A stretch of 45,704 nt of DNA. Source: Burkholderiales bacterium (GTDB taxonomy: Bacteria; Pseudomonadota; Gammaproteobacteria; Burkholderiales; SG8-39). Numbering within the stretch: the first letter of the stretch is position 1; the number at the start of each line of letters is the position of its first letter. The notes below the pieces were generated by a model. It was not told where the DNA came from, searched no databases, and was given only the letters and a program-made list of their open reading frames with translations. The position numbers and the translations under genes were made by a program. The stretch lies in the NCBI GenBank assembly GCA_035627155.1, contig DASPMF010000173.1:1-45704 (forward strand). The letters run 5' to 3'. Positions 17,848 through 26,061 of this stretch are shown in pieces.

Positions 17848-18585
17848 GTGGAAGCCGTCATCGAGGTCGAGAACGTCGTGACACGCTTCGGCGCCGAGCG
17901 CGTGCACGACGGCGTGAGCTTCCGCGTGCCGCGCGGCGAGGTGGCGGCGCTGATCGGCGGCAGCGGCACCGGCAAGTCCGTGCTGCTGAAGGAAATCATC
18001 GGCCTCCTGCGGCCGGAGTCCGGCACGGTGCGCCTGCTCGGCACCGAAGTGTGGCGCGCCGGCGCGCCGGCGCTGAATGCGCTGCGGCGCCGCTTCGGCA
18101 TGCTGTTCCAGGACGGCGCGCTCTTTTCCTCGCTCACGGTCGCCGAGAACATCGCGGTCCCGTTCCGCGAGAACACCGACCTTCCGATGGACCTCGTGGC
18201 GCCCCTCGTTGGCTTCAAGCTGGCGCTGGTCGGCCTGCCTCCCGACACCGGCACCAAGATGCCGGCCCAGCTTTCGGGCGGCATGCGCAAGCGCGTGGCG
18301 CTCGCCCGGGCGCTGGCGCTGGAGCCGGAGGTCCTGTTCCTCGACGAGCCGACCTCGGGCCTCGACCCCGTCGGCGCGCGGGCGTTCGACAAGCTCGTGC
18401 GCGTGCTCTCCGACAGCCTGGGTCTCACGGTGTTCCTCGTGACGCACGACCTGGATACCCTGCACTCGATCGTCGACCGCGCCATCGTGCTCGGCGGCGG
18501 CAAGGTGATCGCGGACGGGCCGGTCGAGAAGGTGCGCAACAGCAACGACGCGTGGGTGCGCGAATATTTCATGGCGAGGGCCTGA
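17848..18585 (+). CDS. ABC transporter ATP-binding protein, MlaF-like
   Basis: Walker A GGSGTGKS, Q-loop LFQDGALF, signature LSGGMRKR, Walker B VLFLDEPTSGLD, H-loop VTHD. Confidence 0.9.
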   Translation: MEAVIEVENVVTRFGAERVHDGVSFRVPRGEVAALIGGSGTGKSVLLKEIIGLLRPESGTVRLLGTEVWRAGAPALNALRRRFGMLFQDGALFSSLTVAENIAVPFRENTDLPMDLVAPLVGFKLALVGLPPDTGTKMPAQLSGGMRKRVALARALALEPEVLFLDEPTSGLDPVGARAFDKLVRVLSDSLGLTVFLVTHDLDTLHSIVDRAIVLGGGKVIADGPVEKVRNSNDAWVREYFMARA

Positions 18586-19511
18586 TGGATCCCGAAGCGA
18601 AGTACGGCGTCGTCGGCGTCGCGGTCATCGTCCTGATGGGCGCCATCGTCGCCGCCGTGCTGTGGCTGCGTTCCACCGGCGAGGGCGGGGACGACCGCTA
18701 CTACAAGGTCTATTTCGAGCGCCAGTCGCTGGAGGGCCTGGAGATCCGCAGCGACGTGCGGATGCGCGGCATCCGCGTCGGCTCGGTCACCGAGTTCCTG
18801 TTCAGCTCGCGCCGGCCCGGCGCGGTGGAGGTCTTCATCCGCGTCGAAGGCTCCACGCCGGTGCGCGAGAGCACCCAGGCCGTCGTCGAGCGCCACCTGG
18901 TCACCGGCATCGCCAGCATTCGCCTCCTCAACTCCACCGAGGACAGCCCGCGCCTCACGGCGGTGCCCGCCGGCGAGCCATACCCGGTCATCGCCGAGGG
19001 CGAGTCGCGCATCGAGCAGTTCTCCGAGTCGCTTAACCACCTCGCGCAGCGCGCGGAGGAAACGATGCTGCGCATCAACGCCACGCTGTCGCCCGAGAAC
19101 CGCGCCGCGCTCGCCGAGACGCTCGACAGCCTTCGGCAGGCCTCGCGCGGCGCCGAGAAGAGCGTCGCGTCCGTCGGCGCCGCCGCTGAGGAGGTGCGCA
19201 AGCTCGCCGCCTCCATCGGCGCCGATGCGCACAAGCTCGCGCAGCGCTACGACTCGCTCGGCGCCCAGGCGGGCGAGTCGCTGAAGGACGTCGGCGCGAG
19301 CGTGCGCGCGCTCCGCGAGGACGTCGCGCGCCTCACCGAGCGCGCGGACCGGCTGATGGCGAGCGGCGAAGGCGAGCTGCGCTCGACGGCGCGCGCGCTG
19401 CGCGAGGCCGCGGAGTCGCTCGGCGAGGCGGCCGAGGGGCTCCGCGATCCGGGACAGGCGATCTTCGGCCCACCCGAAGGCGCGCTCGGTCCGGGGGAGG
19501 GAAAGAAATGA
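18585..19511 (+). CDS. MlaD/MCE-family substrate-binding protein with long coiled-coil C-terminus
   Basis: N-terminal TM segment, then an MCE core (LEIRSDVRMRGIRVGSVTEF). The ATG overlaps the upstream stop (TGATG). Confidence 0.85.
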   Translation: MDPEAKYGVVGVAVIVLMGAIVAAVLWLRSTGEGGDDRYYKVYFERQSLEGLEIRSDVRMRGIRVGSVTEFLFSSRRPGAVEVFIRVEGSTPVRESTQAVVERHLVTGIASIRLLNSTEDSPRLTAVPAGEPYPVIAEGESRIEQFSESLNHLAQRAEETMLRINATLSPENRAALAETLDSLRQASRGAEKSVASVGAAAEEVRKLAASIGADAHKLAQRYDSLGAQAGESLKDVGASVRALREDVARLTERADRLMASGEGELRSTARALREAAESLGEAAEGLRDPGQAIFGPPEGALGPGEGKK

Positions 19512-20074
19512 TCCGCATCCTTTCGGTCTTGACGGCGCTCGCCCTCGCGGGCTGCTTCTCCGCCGGCGGCACGCGCGAAGCGCAGCGCTTTTTCGTCCTC
19601 GACGTCCCGCCGCCGCAGGGCGCGGCGGCGAGCGCGGCTTCCCTGCAGCTGCAGCAGACGACCGCGACGCGGTTCTACGACTCGCAGGAGATCGTGTACA
19701 GCCGCACGCCGGGGACGCGCGCCTACTACCAGTTCAGCGGCTGGACCGAACGGCCCAGCCGCCGCATCCACAAGCTCCTCGCCGACCGCCTGGACCACGC
19801 TGGCATCGCGCAGCGCGCCGATGGCCGCGCGAGCCTGCACGTCCACATCGACGAGATGTTCCACGACGCAGCGGCGCCGCCGGGCACGGTGGAGATTCGC
19901 CTCACCGCCGAGCTGCTCGATGCGGGCGGCGCACGGCTCGCGCGGCGCGCGTTCAGCGCATCGGCGCCCTCGGCAACCCATGACGCGCAAGGCGCGGTGC
20001 GCGCCTTCGGCGAAGCGCTCGGCCCGCTCCTCGACGACATCGCCGCCTGGAGCGCACGCGCAACGCAGAGGTGA
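19508..20074 (+). CDS. ABC-transport auxiliary lipoprotein (PqiC/DUF330-like)
   Basis: Lipobox LALAGC. Its position directly after the MCE gene and its size are typical. The start overlaps the upstream stop (ATGA). Confidence 0.75.
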   Translation: MIRILSVLTALALAGCFSAGGTREAQRFFVLDVPPPQGAAASAASLQLQQTTATRFYDSQEIVYSRTPGTRAYYQFSGWTERPSRRIHKLLADRLDHAGIAQRADGRASLHVHIDEMFHDAAAPPGTVEIRLTAELLDAGGARLARRAFSASAPSATHDAQGAVRAFGEALGPLLDDIAAWSARATQR

Positions 20075-20233
20075 CCTCCTCATGGAGCATCCGCGAGCCG
20101 CTGGCATGCCGCGCTCGCGCACGGTTTCATGAAACGCCCCTGGAAAAAGCACGGCGACTGCGCACTATTGTGCAGTCGCGTGCCGACGCGCATGCTAGCT
20201 TCGAGCCGTAGCCACCAACCAAGAAACCGCAAC

Positions 20234-21439
20234 ATGAAACCGAATCGCCTGCACGCCTTCCTGGCTTCCTTTGCCGTCGCCGCCTTCTGCGCCGCAGCAC
20301 CCGCCGCCGGGGCGCCGCTCAAGGTCAGCATCTCCGCCGAGCCGCGGGAAGAGATGACCCTCGCCGCCTTCATGGAGCGCTACAAGTCCCTCGCCGACTA
20401 CGTCGGCGCCGCCGCCGGGTCCGGCGCGCGGGTCAGCTTCGGCCGCGATCTCACGCGCGAGCTGCAGCGCAGCCGCTCGCGCGGGCACGACGTGATCGTC
20501 GGCCCGGCGCACATCGTCGGCAGCGCGATCCGGTACGGGTACGAGCCGGTCGCCCGCTTTCCCGGCGAGGAGCGCATCGTTTTCCTCGCCACGGAGGCGA
20601 GCGGGGTGACCACCATGGAGCAGGCGCGCGGCAAGCGGCTCGCGCTCCCGCCGGCGGACTCGCTCGCCATGTACCTCGCGCGCGGCGAGCTCAACGCGCT
20701 CGGCGTGCAGGCGAAGAGCCACTTCAGCGACATCCACGAGTACCGCTACCACGAGGCGGCGCTGCTCGCGCTCGACTTCGGGCAGGCGGACGTCGCGGTC
20801 GCCGACCGGCGCCTCGCCGAGGAATGGCTGGCGAAGCACAAGGGCCGCATCCTGCTCGAGAGCCGTCCCGCGCCCGCGAACGGCGTGGCGGTGCTGAGCA
20901 CCCTCGACAAGGCGACCAAGGAACGCGTGCGCGCGGCGTTCCTCGCGCCGAACGCGAAGCTCGTCGCTTCCGCGGGTCTCGTGGACATGGACGTGCGCGG
21001 CATGCAGCAGTCCTCCCCGGATGAATACGACTATGTATCGACGCTGGGCTATTTCACGCCGCGCGTGCTGGAGGGCGCGAAGATCGTCGGCGCCGAGGAG
21101 GTGATGGCGCTGATGAAAAAGGGCGTCGTCCTCTACGACACGCGCTCGCAGGAGGAGTACCGCGACAAGCACATCGCCGGCGCCAGGTGGCTGCCCTACA
21201 TCGAGAAGAGCGCCAAGGAAGTCGGCTTCGACGCGAAGCGGGATTCCTTCGACGTCGCGCGCGCGGCGGCGGACAAGGCGACGCCGGTGATCTTCGCTTG
21301 CAACGGCGCCGAATGCTGGAAAAGCTACAAGTCGAGCGTCGCTGCCATCCGCGCCGGCTTCACGCAGGTCTACTGGTTCCGCGGCGGTTTCCCGGAATGG
21401 GTGGCGCGCGGCTATCCGGTGGAGGCCGCCGCGAAGTAG
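20234..21439 (+). CDS. Periplasmic substrate-binding (PhnD/family-3-like) domain fused to a C-terminal rhodanese-like domain
   Basis: Signal peptide from MKPNRLHAFLASFAVAAFCAAAPAAGA. C-terminal region LYDTRSQEEYRDKHIAGARWLP...VIFACNGAECWKSYKS...GFTQVYWFRGGFPEWVARGYPV has a rhodanese topology. The 35 codons upstream of 20234 in ORF-track 20129 have low GC3. Confidence 0.7.
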   Translation: MKPNRLHAFLASFAVAAFCAAAPAAGAPLKVSISAEPREEMTLAAFMERYKSLADYVGAAAGSGARVSFGRDLTRELQRSRSRGHDVIVGPAHIVGSAIRYGYEPVARFPGEERIVFLATEASGVTTMEQARGKRLALPPADSLAMYLARGELNALGVQAKSHFSDIHEYRYHEAALLALDFGQADVAVADRRLAEEWLAKHKGRILLESRPAPANGVAVLSTLDKATKERVRAAFLAPNAKLVASAGLVDMDVRGMQQSSPDEYDYVSTLGYFTPRVLEGAKIVGAEEVMALMKKGVVLYDTRSQEEYRDKHIAGARWLPYIEKSAKEVGFDAKRDSFDVARAAADKATPVIFACNGAECWKSYKSSVAAIRAGFTQVYWFRGGFPEWVARGYPVEAAAK

Positions 21440-21509
21440 CGCTTGTCGCGACCCGGGCGATACGCGCACGGGTCTTGCAGCCTCCGCGGGTCCATCCAAG
21501 GAGGCACTC

Positions 21510-21983
21510 ATGGCAAGTACGGCTCCGCCCGCGCAGCCCGGCCGGCAGCAGCAGGGCACTTCTCAGCAGCAGGGCACTTCTTTCTCAGGCAGCGATTCCG
21601 CCGGGAAGCTGAAGGGCGACGCGCGCGGCCTGGTCGACGAGGCGAAGGAAACCGCCCGCGCCAAGCTCGCTGAGCAGCAGCGAGCGGCGGCGACCGGCGT
21701 CGGCGACTTCGCCCGCGCATTGCGCGATGCGGCGCAAAAGTCGGGCGAAGGGGGCCAGGACACCCTTGCGACGCGCGCGGCCCAGGCCGCCGCGCAGCAG
21801 CTCGAGCGCCTTTCCGGGACGCTCGGCAGCAAGGACCTCGACACGGTGGTGCGCCAGACCGAGTCCTTCGCGCGACGCGAGCCTCTGCTTTTCTTCGGCG
21901 CCGCGATCGCCGCTGGCTTCGTCGCCATGCGGCTGCTCAAGGACGCCGCGCCGAAAACGGACGAAATTTCAAGGAGGATGTAA
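21510..21983 (+). CDS. Membrane-anchored hypothetical protein (Q-rich N-terminus, C-terminal TM segment; resembles nutrient-deprivation-induced proteins)
   Basis: Strong RBS (AAGGAGG). Helical Ala/Gln-rich body. C-terminal region REPLLFFGAAIAAGFVAMRLLK. Confidence 0.6.
   Translation: MASTAPPAQPGRQQQGTSQQQGTSFSGSDSAGKLKGDARGLVDEAKETARAKLAEQQRAAATGVGDFARALRDAAQKSGEGGQDTLATRAAQAAAQQLERLSGTLGSKDLDTVVRQTESFARREPLLFFGAAIAAGFVAMRLLKDAAPKTDEISRRM
21546..21581 (+). repeat. Perfect 2 x 18-bp tandem repeat (CAGCAGCAGGGCACTTCT) encoding QQQGTS twice
   Basis: Read directly; in frame within CDS 21510..21983. Confidence 0.9.
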
Positions 21984-22411
21984 TGGCTGCCACCATGCCG
22001 CGCGAAGTGCAGGGCCGCTCGCAGGAGCGCTCGCTTGTCGGCCTGTTCTCGGATCTCTGGCGCGAGACTGCAACGCTCCTACGCGACGAGGCGGAGCTCG
22101 CCAAGGCGGAAATCACGGAGAAGGTGACGCAGGTGCAGACCGCTGCGGTGGAGCTCGCCGCCGGCGCCCTGGTCCTCTATGCAGGGTTCCTCGTGCTCCT
22201 TGCAGCCGCAGCGATGGGCCTCGCGCAAGTGCTTCCGGAAGAGATGGCGCCCTGGCTCGCCCCGCTCATCATCGGCGTCGTCGTCTCGGCGGCCGGCGTC
22301 GTTCTGCTGCTGGTCGGGCGCAACAAGGTGAAGGCGGGCAGCCTCACGCCAGAGCGCACGATGCACTCGCTGCGCAAGGATGCCGCGCTCGCGAAAGGAC
22401 ACGTGCGATGA
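21983..22411 (+). CDS. Phage-holin-family/DUF1469-like membrane protein
   Basis: LFSDLWRETATLLRDEAELAKAEI, followed by two TM helices, is the pattern I associate with the Holin-X/YqjE-like family. The start overlaps the upstream stop (TAATG). Confidence 0.7.
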   Translation: MAATMPREVQGRSQERSLVGLFSDLWRETATLLRDEAELAKAEITEKVTQVQTAAVELAAGALVLYAGFLVLLAAAAMGLAQVLPEEMAPWLAPLIIGVVVSAAGVVLLLVGRNKVKAGSLTPERTMHSLRKDAALAKGHVR

Positions 22412-23211
22412 GAACCAACGGCAACGGCACCCGCCATCCGGACGAGATCCTCGCCGAGATCGAGCGCACGCGCAGCGAGATGGACCGGACCCTCGGGACG
22501 ATCGAGCAGCGCCTCACGCCGGGGCAGCTGCTCGACCAGGGCATGCAGTACCTCAAGGACAGCGGCGCGGCGGACTATGCGCGCAACCTGCGCGGATCGG
22601 TGAGCACGAACCCGCTCCCCGTGGCGCTCGTCGGCATCGGTCTCGCGTGGCTGATGGCCGCGGACCGCATGGACCGGCGCTCCGGCGCGTCCACGTCTTC
22701 CGGCCCTTCGCGGATGGGCGAGATGAAGGAAAGCCTGCACGGCAGCATGGAGCGCATGAAGGAAAGCGCCGGCTCCATGCACGAGCGTGCTTCAGGCGTA
22801 ATGAGCGCGGGCCGGCAGAAGCTGGACGACACGGCGCGCATGGCGCGCGAGCGCGCCGACCAGTTGCGCTCCTCCTACGACCGGATCGTGAACGAGCAGC
22901 CGCTCTCGCTCGGTGCGATCGGCCTCGCCATCGGCGCCGTAATGGCGGCTGCCCTGCCGCGCACGCGCAAGGAGGAAGAGCTCCTGAGCGGCGCGCGCGA
23001 GGCGATCGCCGACAAGGCGTCCGAGCTCGCGAAGCAGGCTTCGGAGAAGGGTCGGGAGACGCTGGAGAAGGGTCGCCAGCACCTCGACGAAGCGAAGAAG
23101 CCGTCGCAGCCGCAGCCACGCACCAGTCCCGCGCAGGAAGAGCGGGCGCAGTTCAAGGCGGGCGTCAACGGCGGACCGAATCCGCCGATCGCGCCGGCGC
23201 CGCGAAGCTGA
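22408..23211 (+). CDS. DUF3618-like protein
   Basis: The N-terminus PDEILAEIERTRSEMDRTLGTIEQRLTP is characteristic. Two short hydrophobic segments. The start overlaps the upstream stop (ATGA). Confidence 0.65.
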   Translation: MRTNGNGTRHPDEILAEIERTRSEMDRTLGTIEQRLTPGQLLDQGMQYLKDSGAADYARNLRGSVSTNPLPVALVGIGLAWLMAADRMDRRSGASTSSGPSRMGEMKESLHGSMERMKESAGSMHERASGVMSAGRQKLDDTARMARERADQLRSSYDRIVNEQPLSLGAIGLAIGAVMAAALPRTRKEEELLSGAREAIADKASELAKQASEKGRETLEKGRQHLDEAKKPSQPQPRTSPAQEERAQFKAGVNGGPNPPIAPAPRS

Positions 23212-24176
23212 TGGCGAGCGCGACGCTCGGTCGCGAGCATCACCACGGGCGCGGCCGCTCCGCGGAGCGGCCGCAGGACATCCCTTCCAGGGGCTGGTGG
23301 GACATCCTGAAGCGGGTGGGCCGCCAGCTTTCGAAGGACCGCATCTCCATCATCGCCGCCGGTGTCGCCTTCTACGCGTTGTTCGCGGTGTTCCCGGGCC
23401 TCGCGGCGCTCGTCTCGATCTACGGCCTGGTGTTCGATCCGCAGCAGGTGGCGGCGCAGATCCAGGCGCTGGAAGCCTTCCTGCCGCCGGAGGCCGCCGA
23501 GATCCTCGTGCAGCAGCTGGGCGACGTGAGCTCGAGCGAGCGCTCGAGCCTCGGGCTTGCCGCCGTCGGCGGGATCCTGGTCGCGCTCTGGAGCGCCTCG
23601 AAGGGCGTGAAGACGCTGATGGAAGCGCTCAACGTCGCGTACCACGAGGAAGAAAAGCGCGGCTTCTTCCGCCTCAACGCGACGGCGCTCGTGCTGACGC
23701 TTGGCGCCGTGCTTTCCGCCATCGTCGCGATCGCGCTGATCGTCGCCTTGCCGGCGATCATCACGTTCCTCGGCCTGGGCCGCGTCGCCGAGATCCTCAT
23801 CGGCCTCGGCCACCTCCTGTTGCTCGGCGCGCTGATGGTCTTCGGCATGGCCGTGGTGTTCCGCTTCGGGCCTAGCCGCAAGGAGGCGAAATGGCGCTGG
23901 GTCTCGCCGGGCGCGCTTTCCGGCACGGTCCTCTGGCTGGCCGGCTCGGCCCTTTTCGCGGTGTATGTGCGCAACTTCGCCAACTACAACGAGACCTACG
24001 GCGCGATGGGCGCCGTCGTGATCCTGCTGACGTGGTTCCTCCTCACGGCCTACGCGATCCTGATCGGCGCCGAGCTGAACGGGGAGATCGAGCGCCAGAC
24101 CGCGAAGGACACCACCGAAAGCGGCAAGCCGCTCGGCGGCCGCGGCGCGTACGCCGCCGATACCGTTGCCGGCTAG
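23211..24176 (+). CDS. YihY/BrkB-family membrane protein
   Basis: WWDILKRVGRQLSKDRISIIAAGVAFYALFAVFP, multiple TM helices, and YGAMGAVVILLTWFLLTAYAILIGAELN are family hallmarks. The start overlaps the upstream stop (TGATG). Confidence 0.85.
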   Translation: MASATLGREHHHGRGRSAERPQDIPSRGWWDILKRVGRQLSKDRISIIAAGVAFYALFAVFPGLAALVSIYGLVFDPQQVAAQIQALEAFLPPEAAEILVQQLGDVSSSERSSLGLAAVGGILVALWSASKGVKTLMEALNVAYHEEEKRGFFRLNATALVLTLGAVLSAIVAIALIVALPAIITFLGLGRVAEILIGLGHLLLLGALMVFGMAVVFRFGPSRKEAKWRWVSPGALSGTVLWLAGSALFAVYVRNFANYNETYGAMGAVVILLTWFLLTAYAILIGAELNGEIERQTAKDTTESGKPLGGRGAYAADTVAG

Positions 24177-24185
24177 GCCCGCGCG

Positions 24186-24554
24186 CTAGAGGGTCGGCTC
24201 GACCCGCTCGGCCCGGTAGTGGTGCACGCGCCGGCGCGCGTCGGCGCGGCGCCGCCTTTCCTCGTAGAAGGCGTAGTTCTGGCGCAGCGCGATCGTGTTC
24301 GCGATGATCATCACCATCACGCCGAGCACCGCCAGCGCCAGCTCTGGCAGGCGCTCGGCCGGAAGCCATGCCAGCTTCTGGGGCAACACCACCTGCTTGC
24401 CGGGGGCCAGCTCCGGCACAAGGTCCGGCACCGCCGCCGCGGAAGCGAGCGGCAGGAGCGACTGCATCACGAAGAGCAGCACCGGGGCGAATCCCACCAG
24501 CGCCAGCACGAACGCGAAGAGCCAGGCGGCCCTCGCTCGATGGACCGAATTCAT
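24186..24554 (-). CDS. Hypothetical two-TM membrane protein
   Basis: Strong RBS (GGAGG) upstream of ATG 24554. Two hydrophobic helices. Arg-rich C-terminus. Confidence 0.55.
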   Translation of the reverse strand: MNSVHRARAAWLFAFVLALVGFAPVLLFVMQSLLPLASAAAVPDLVPELAPGKQVVLPQKLAWLPAERLPELALAVLGVMVMIIANTIALRQNYAFYEERRRRADARRRVHHYRAERVEPTL

Positions 24555-24661
24555 CCGACCTCCTGCAGGCGAAGAGCCCAAAGGATGCCGCGCCGGCGCA
24601 AACCGCCGGTTGCTTCCCGCCTAGTCCCGACGGGCCATTGCGCGTCGCACGGGAGGGGAGA

Positions 24662-25048
24662 ATGGTCGCGGTGGGGCACGTTCCCGCCATGCGGTTCACC
24701 ATCAAACGGTTCGGCAGCTACCTTCGCGGGGACCTGCATGACCGGGTGAGCGGCGAGGAGACCGACGAATTCCTGCAGGCCGTCGCAGCCGCCGCGCTGA
24801 CCAGCGGCCACGACCGGATCCTCCTCTCGGTGCGCACGTCGCGCGCCGTCTTCCGCGTCGAGCAATTTCGCCTCGCGGAGCACATGGAAGTGGTGGCATC
24901 GCGCCCTGGTCACCGCATCGCCCTCGTGGCCGACGACCCGGACGTGCGCCTCGCGCAGCAGTACATCGCCACCTTGGCAAGGTTGCGGGGCCTTTCCGTT
25001 CAGGCGTTCGAAAGCGAAGCGGCGGCGATGGCCTGGCTGCTCGCCTAG
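24662..25048 (+). CDS. Hypothetical protein (possibly STAS/SpoIIAA-like fold)
   Basis: RBS GGGAGGGGAG before ATG 24662. GC3 is high. No recognisable catalytic motif. An alternative ATG lies at 24689. Confidence 0.5.
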   Translation: MVAVGHVPAMRFTIKRFGSYLRGDLHDRVSGEETDEFLQAVAAAALTSGHDRILLSVRTSRAVFRVEQFRLAEHMEVVASRPGHRIALVADDPDVRLAQQYIATLARLRGLSVQAFESEAAAMAWLLA

Positions 25049-25159
25049 CGCCGATCGCCCCCCAGCCGCACCCCCTAGGATCAAACGGGCGCTCGAAGCC
25101 CTTGACCTTCCCATCATGGGAGGCCGGAACCTCCTCTCGTGCCGATCAGAGAGGTGACA

Positions 25160-25477
25160 ATGAAACGAATCACGATCAAGCGGTTGCGTCCCAACAGGGC
25201 GGTGAGCCTCCATGTGCCGGCAGAGGCGACGCTGATGGTGGCTCGCGGTAAGGCATGGTTGACCTCCGACGCGGATTCGGCGGACAGATTCCTGTGCCAC
25301 GGCAGGCGATACACGGCGGTGAAGGCCGAACACCTGGTGCTTCAGGCGATCGACAAGACCGTCGTCTATGCGATTCGCTACCCCGAGCCGCGCAACTTCC
25401 GCGTAGGACTGACCGCATTCTGGAAAGGCCAAATCGCGGCGCCGGCCGCACCACGCAGCGCTTTCGGAGGAGGTTAA
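25160..25477 (+). CDS. DUF2917-like small protein
   Basis: RBS AGAGGTG. The pattern LHVPAEATLMVARGKAWLTSDADSADRFL resembles the family as I recall it. Confidence 0.5.
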   Translation: MKRITIKRLRPNRAVSLHVPAEATLMVARGKAWLTSDADSADRFLCHGRRYTAVKAEHLVLQAIDKTVVYAIRYPEPRNFRVGLTAFWKGQIAAPAAPRSAFGGG

Positions 25478-25479
25478 GG

Positions 25480-25968
25480 ATGGACCACGCGCATGAGCGT
25501 CATTCCCAGCATCACGGGGTTGCCAGGTCATCGGCGTCGCTGAATCGTACGGCATGGTCCGCAACGCTTCACTGCCTGACCGGTTGTGCGATCGGCGAAG
25601 TGCTCGGGATGATCATCGGGACCGCCCTGGGCTGGGGCAATGCGCCGACCATCGCCTTGGCCGTCGTACTGGCCTTCTTCTTCGGCTATCTGCTCACACT
25701 GCGGCCGCTGCTGCGCCAAATGAGCTTCTCCAGCGCGGCCAAGCTGGCGCTTGCGGCCGATACCGCGTCCATCACGGTCATGGAGATCGTCGACAACGGC
25801 ATCATGCTAGTGATCCCCGGGGCAATGGACGCCGGCTTGGGCAGCGTCCTGTTCTGGGGGAGCCTCGCGTTCGCACTCGCCGTGGCCGCCGTGGCTGCCT
25901 TCCCGGTTAATCGCTGGCTGATCTCGCGCGGCAAGGGGCATGCTGTCGTTCACGCGCACCATCACTAG
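25480..25968 (+). CDS. DUF4396-family membrane protein
   Basis: Conserved HCLTGCAIGE motif, His-rich N- and C-termini, four hydrophobic helices. RBS GGAGGAGG. Starts 2 nt after the previous stop. Confidence 0.7.
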   Translation: MDHAHERHSQHHGVARSSASLNRTAWSATLHCLTGCAIGEVLGMIIGTALGWGNAPTIALAVVLAFFFGYLLTLRPLLRQMSFSSAAKLALAADTASITVMEIVDNGIMLVIPGAMDAGLGSVLFWGSLAFALAVAAVAAFPVNRWLISRGKGHAVVHAHHH

Positions 25969-26061
25969 TACCAATGCAATTGCGGCTGATGGAAGGATTC
26001 TGGCAATCCTGCGTTTCGGGGCTAGGTTGACACCCCTCTGCGCCATTGCTACCGTCGCCTC

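Noticed and set aside
20129-20233. Upstream ATG at 20129 as the start of the binding-protein/rhodanese gene.
   Set aside because: The 35 extra codons have low GC3 (AAA, CTA, TTG, AGT, CAA, AGA) and precede the obvious signal peptide, which begins at the ATG at 20234.
25049-25159. Search for a direct repeat of the tmRNA 3' end (attL) at the left edge of the cus island, and for an integrase anywhere in 24-33 kb.
   Set aside because: I found no match to GGAATCGAACCCGC or neighbouring tmRNA sequence by eye, and no integrase- or recombinase-like ORF. The island call therefore rests on composition and position only, and I did not call it a mobile element.
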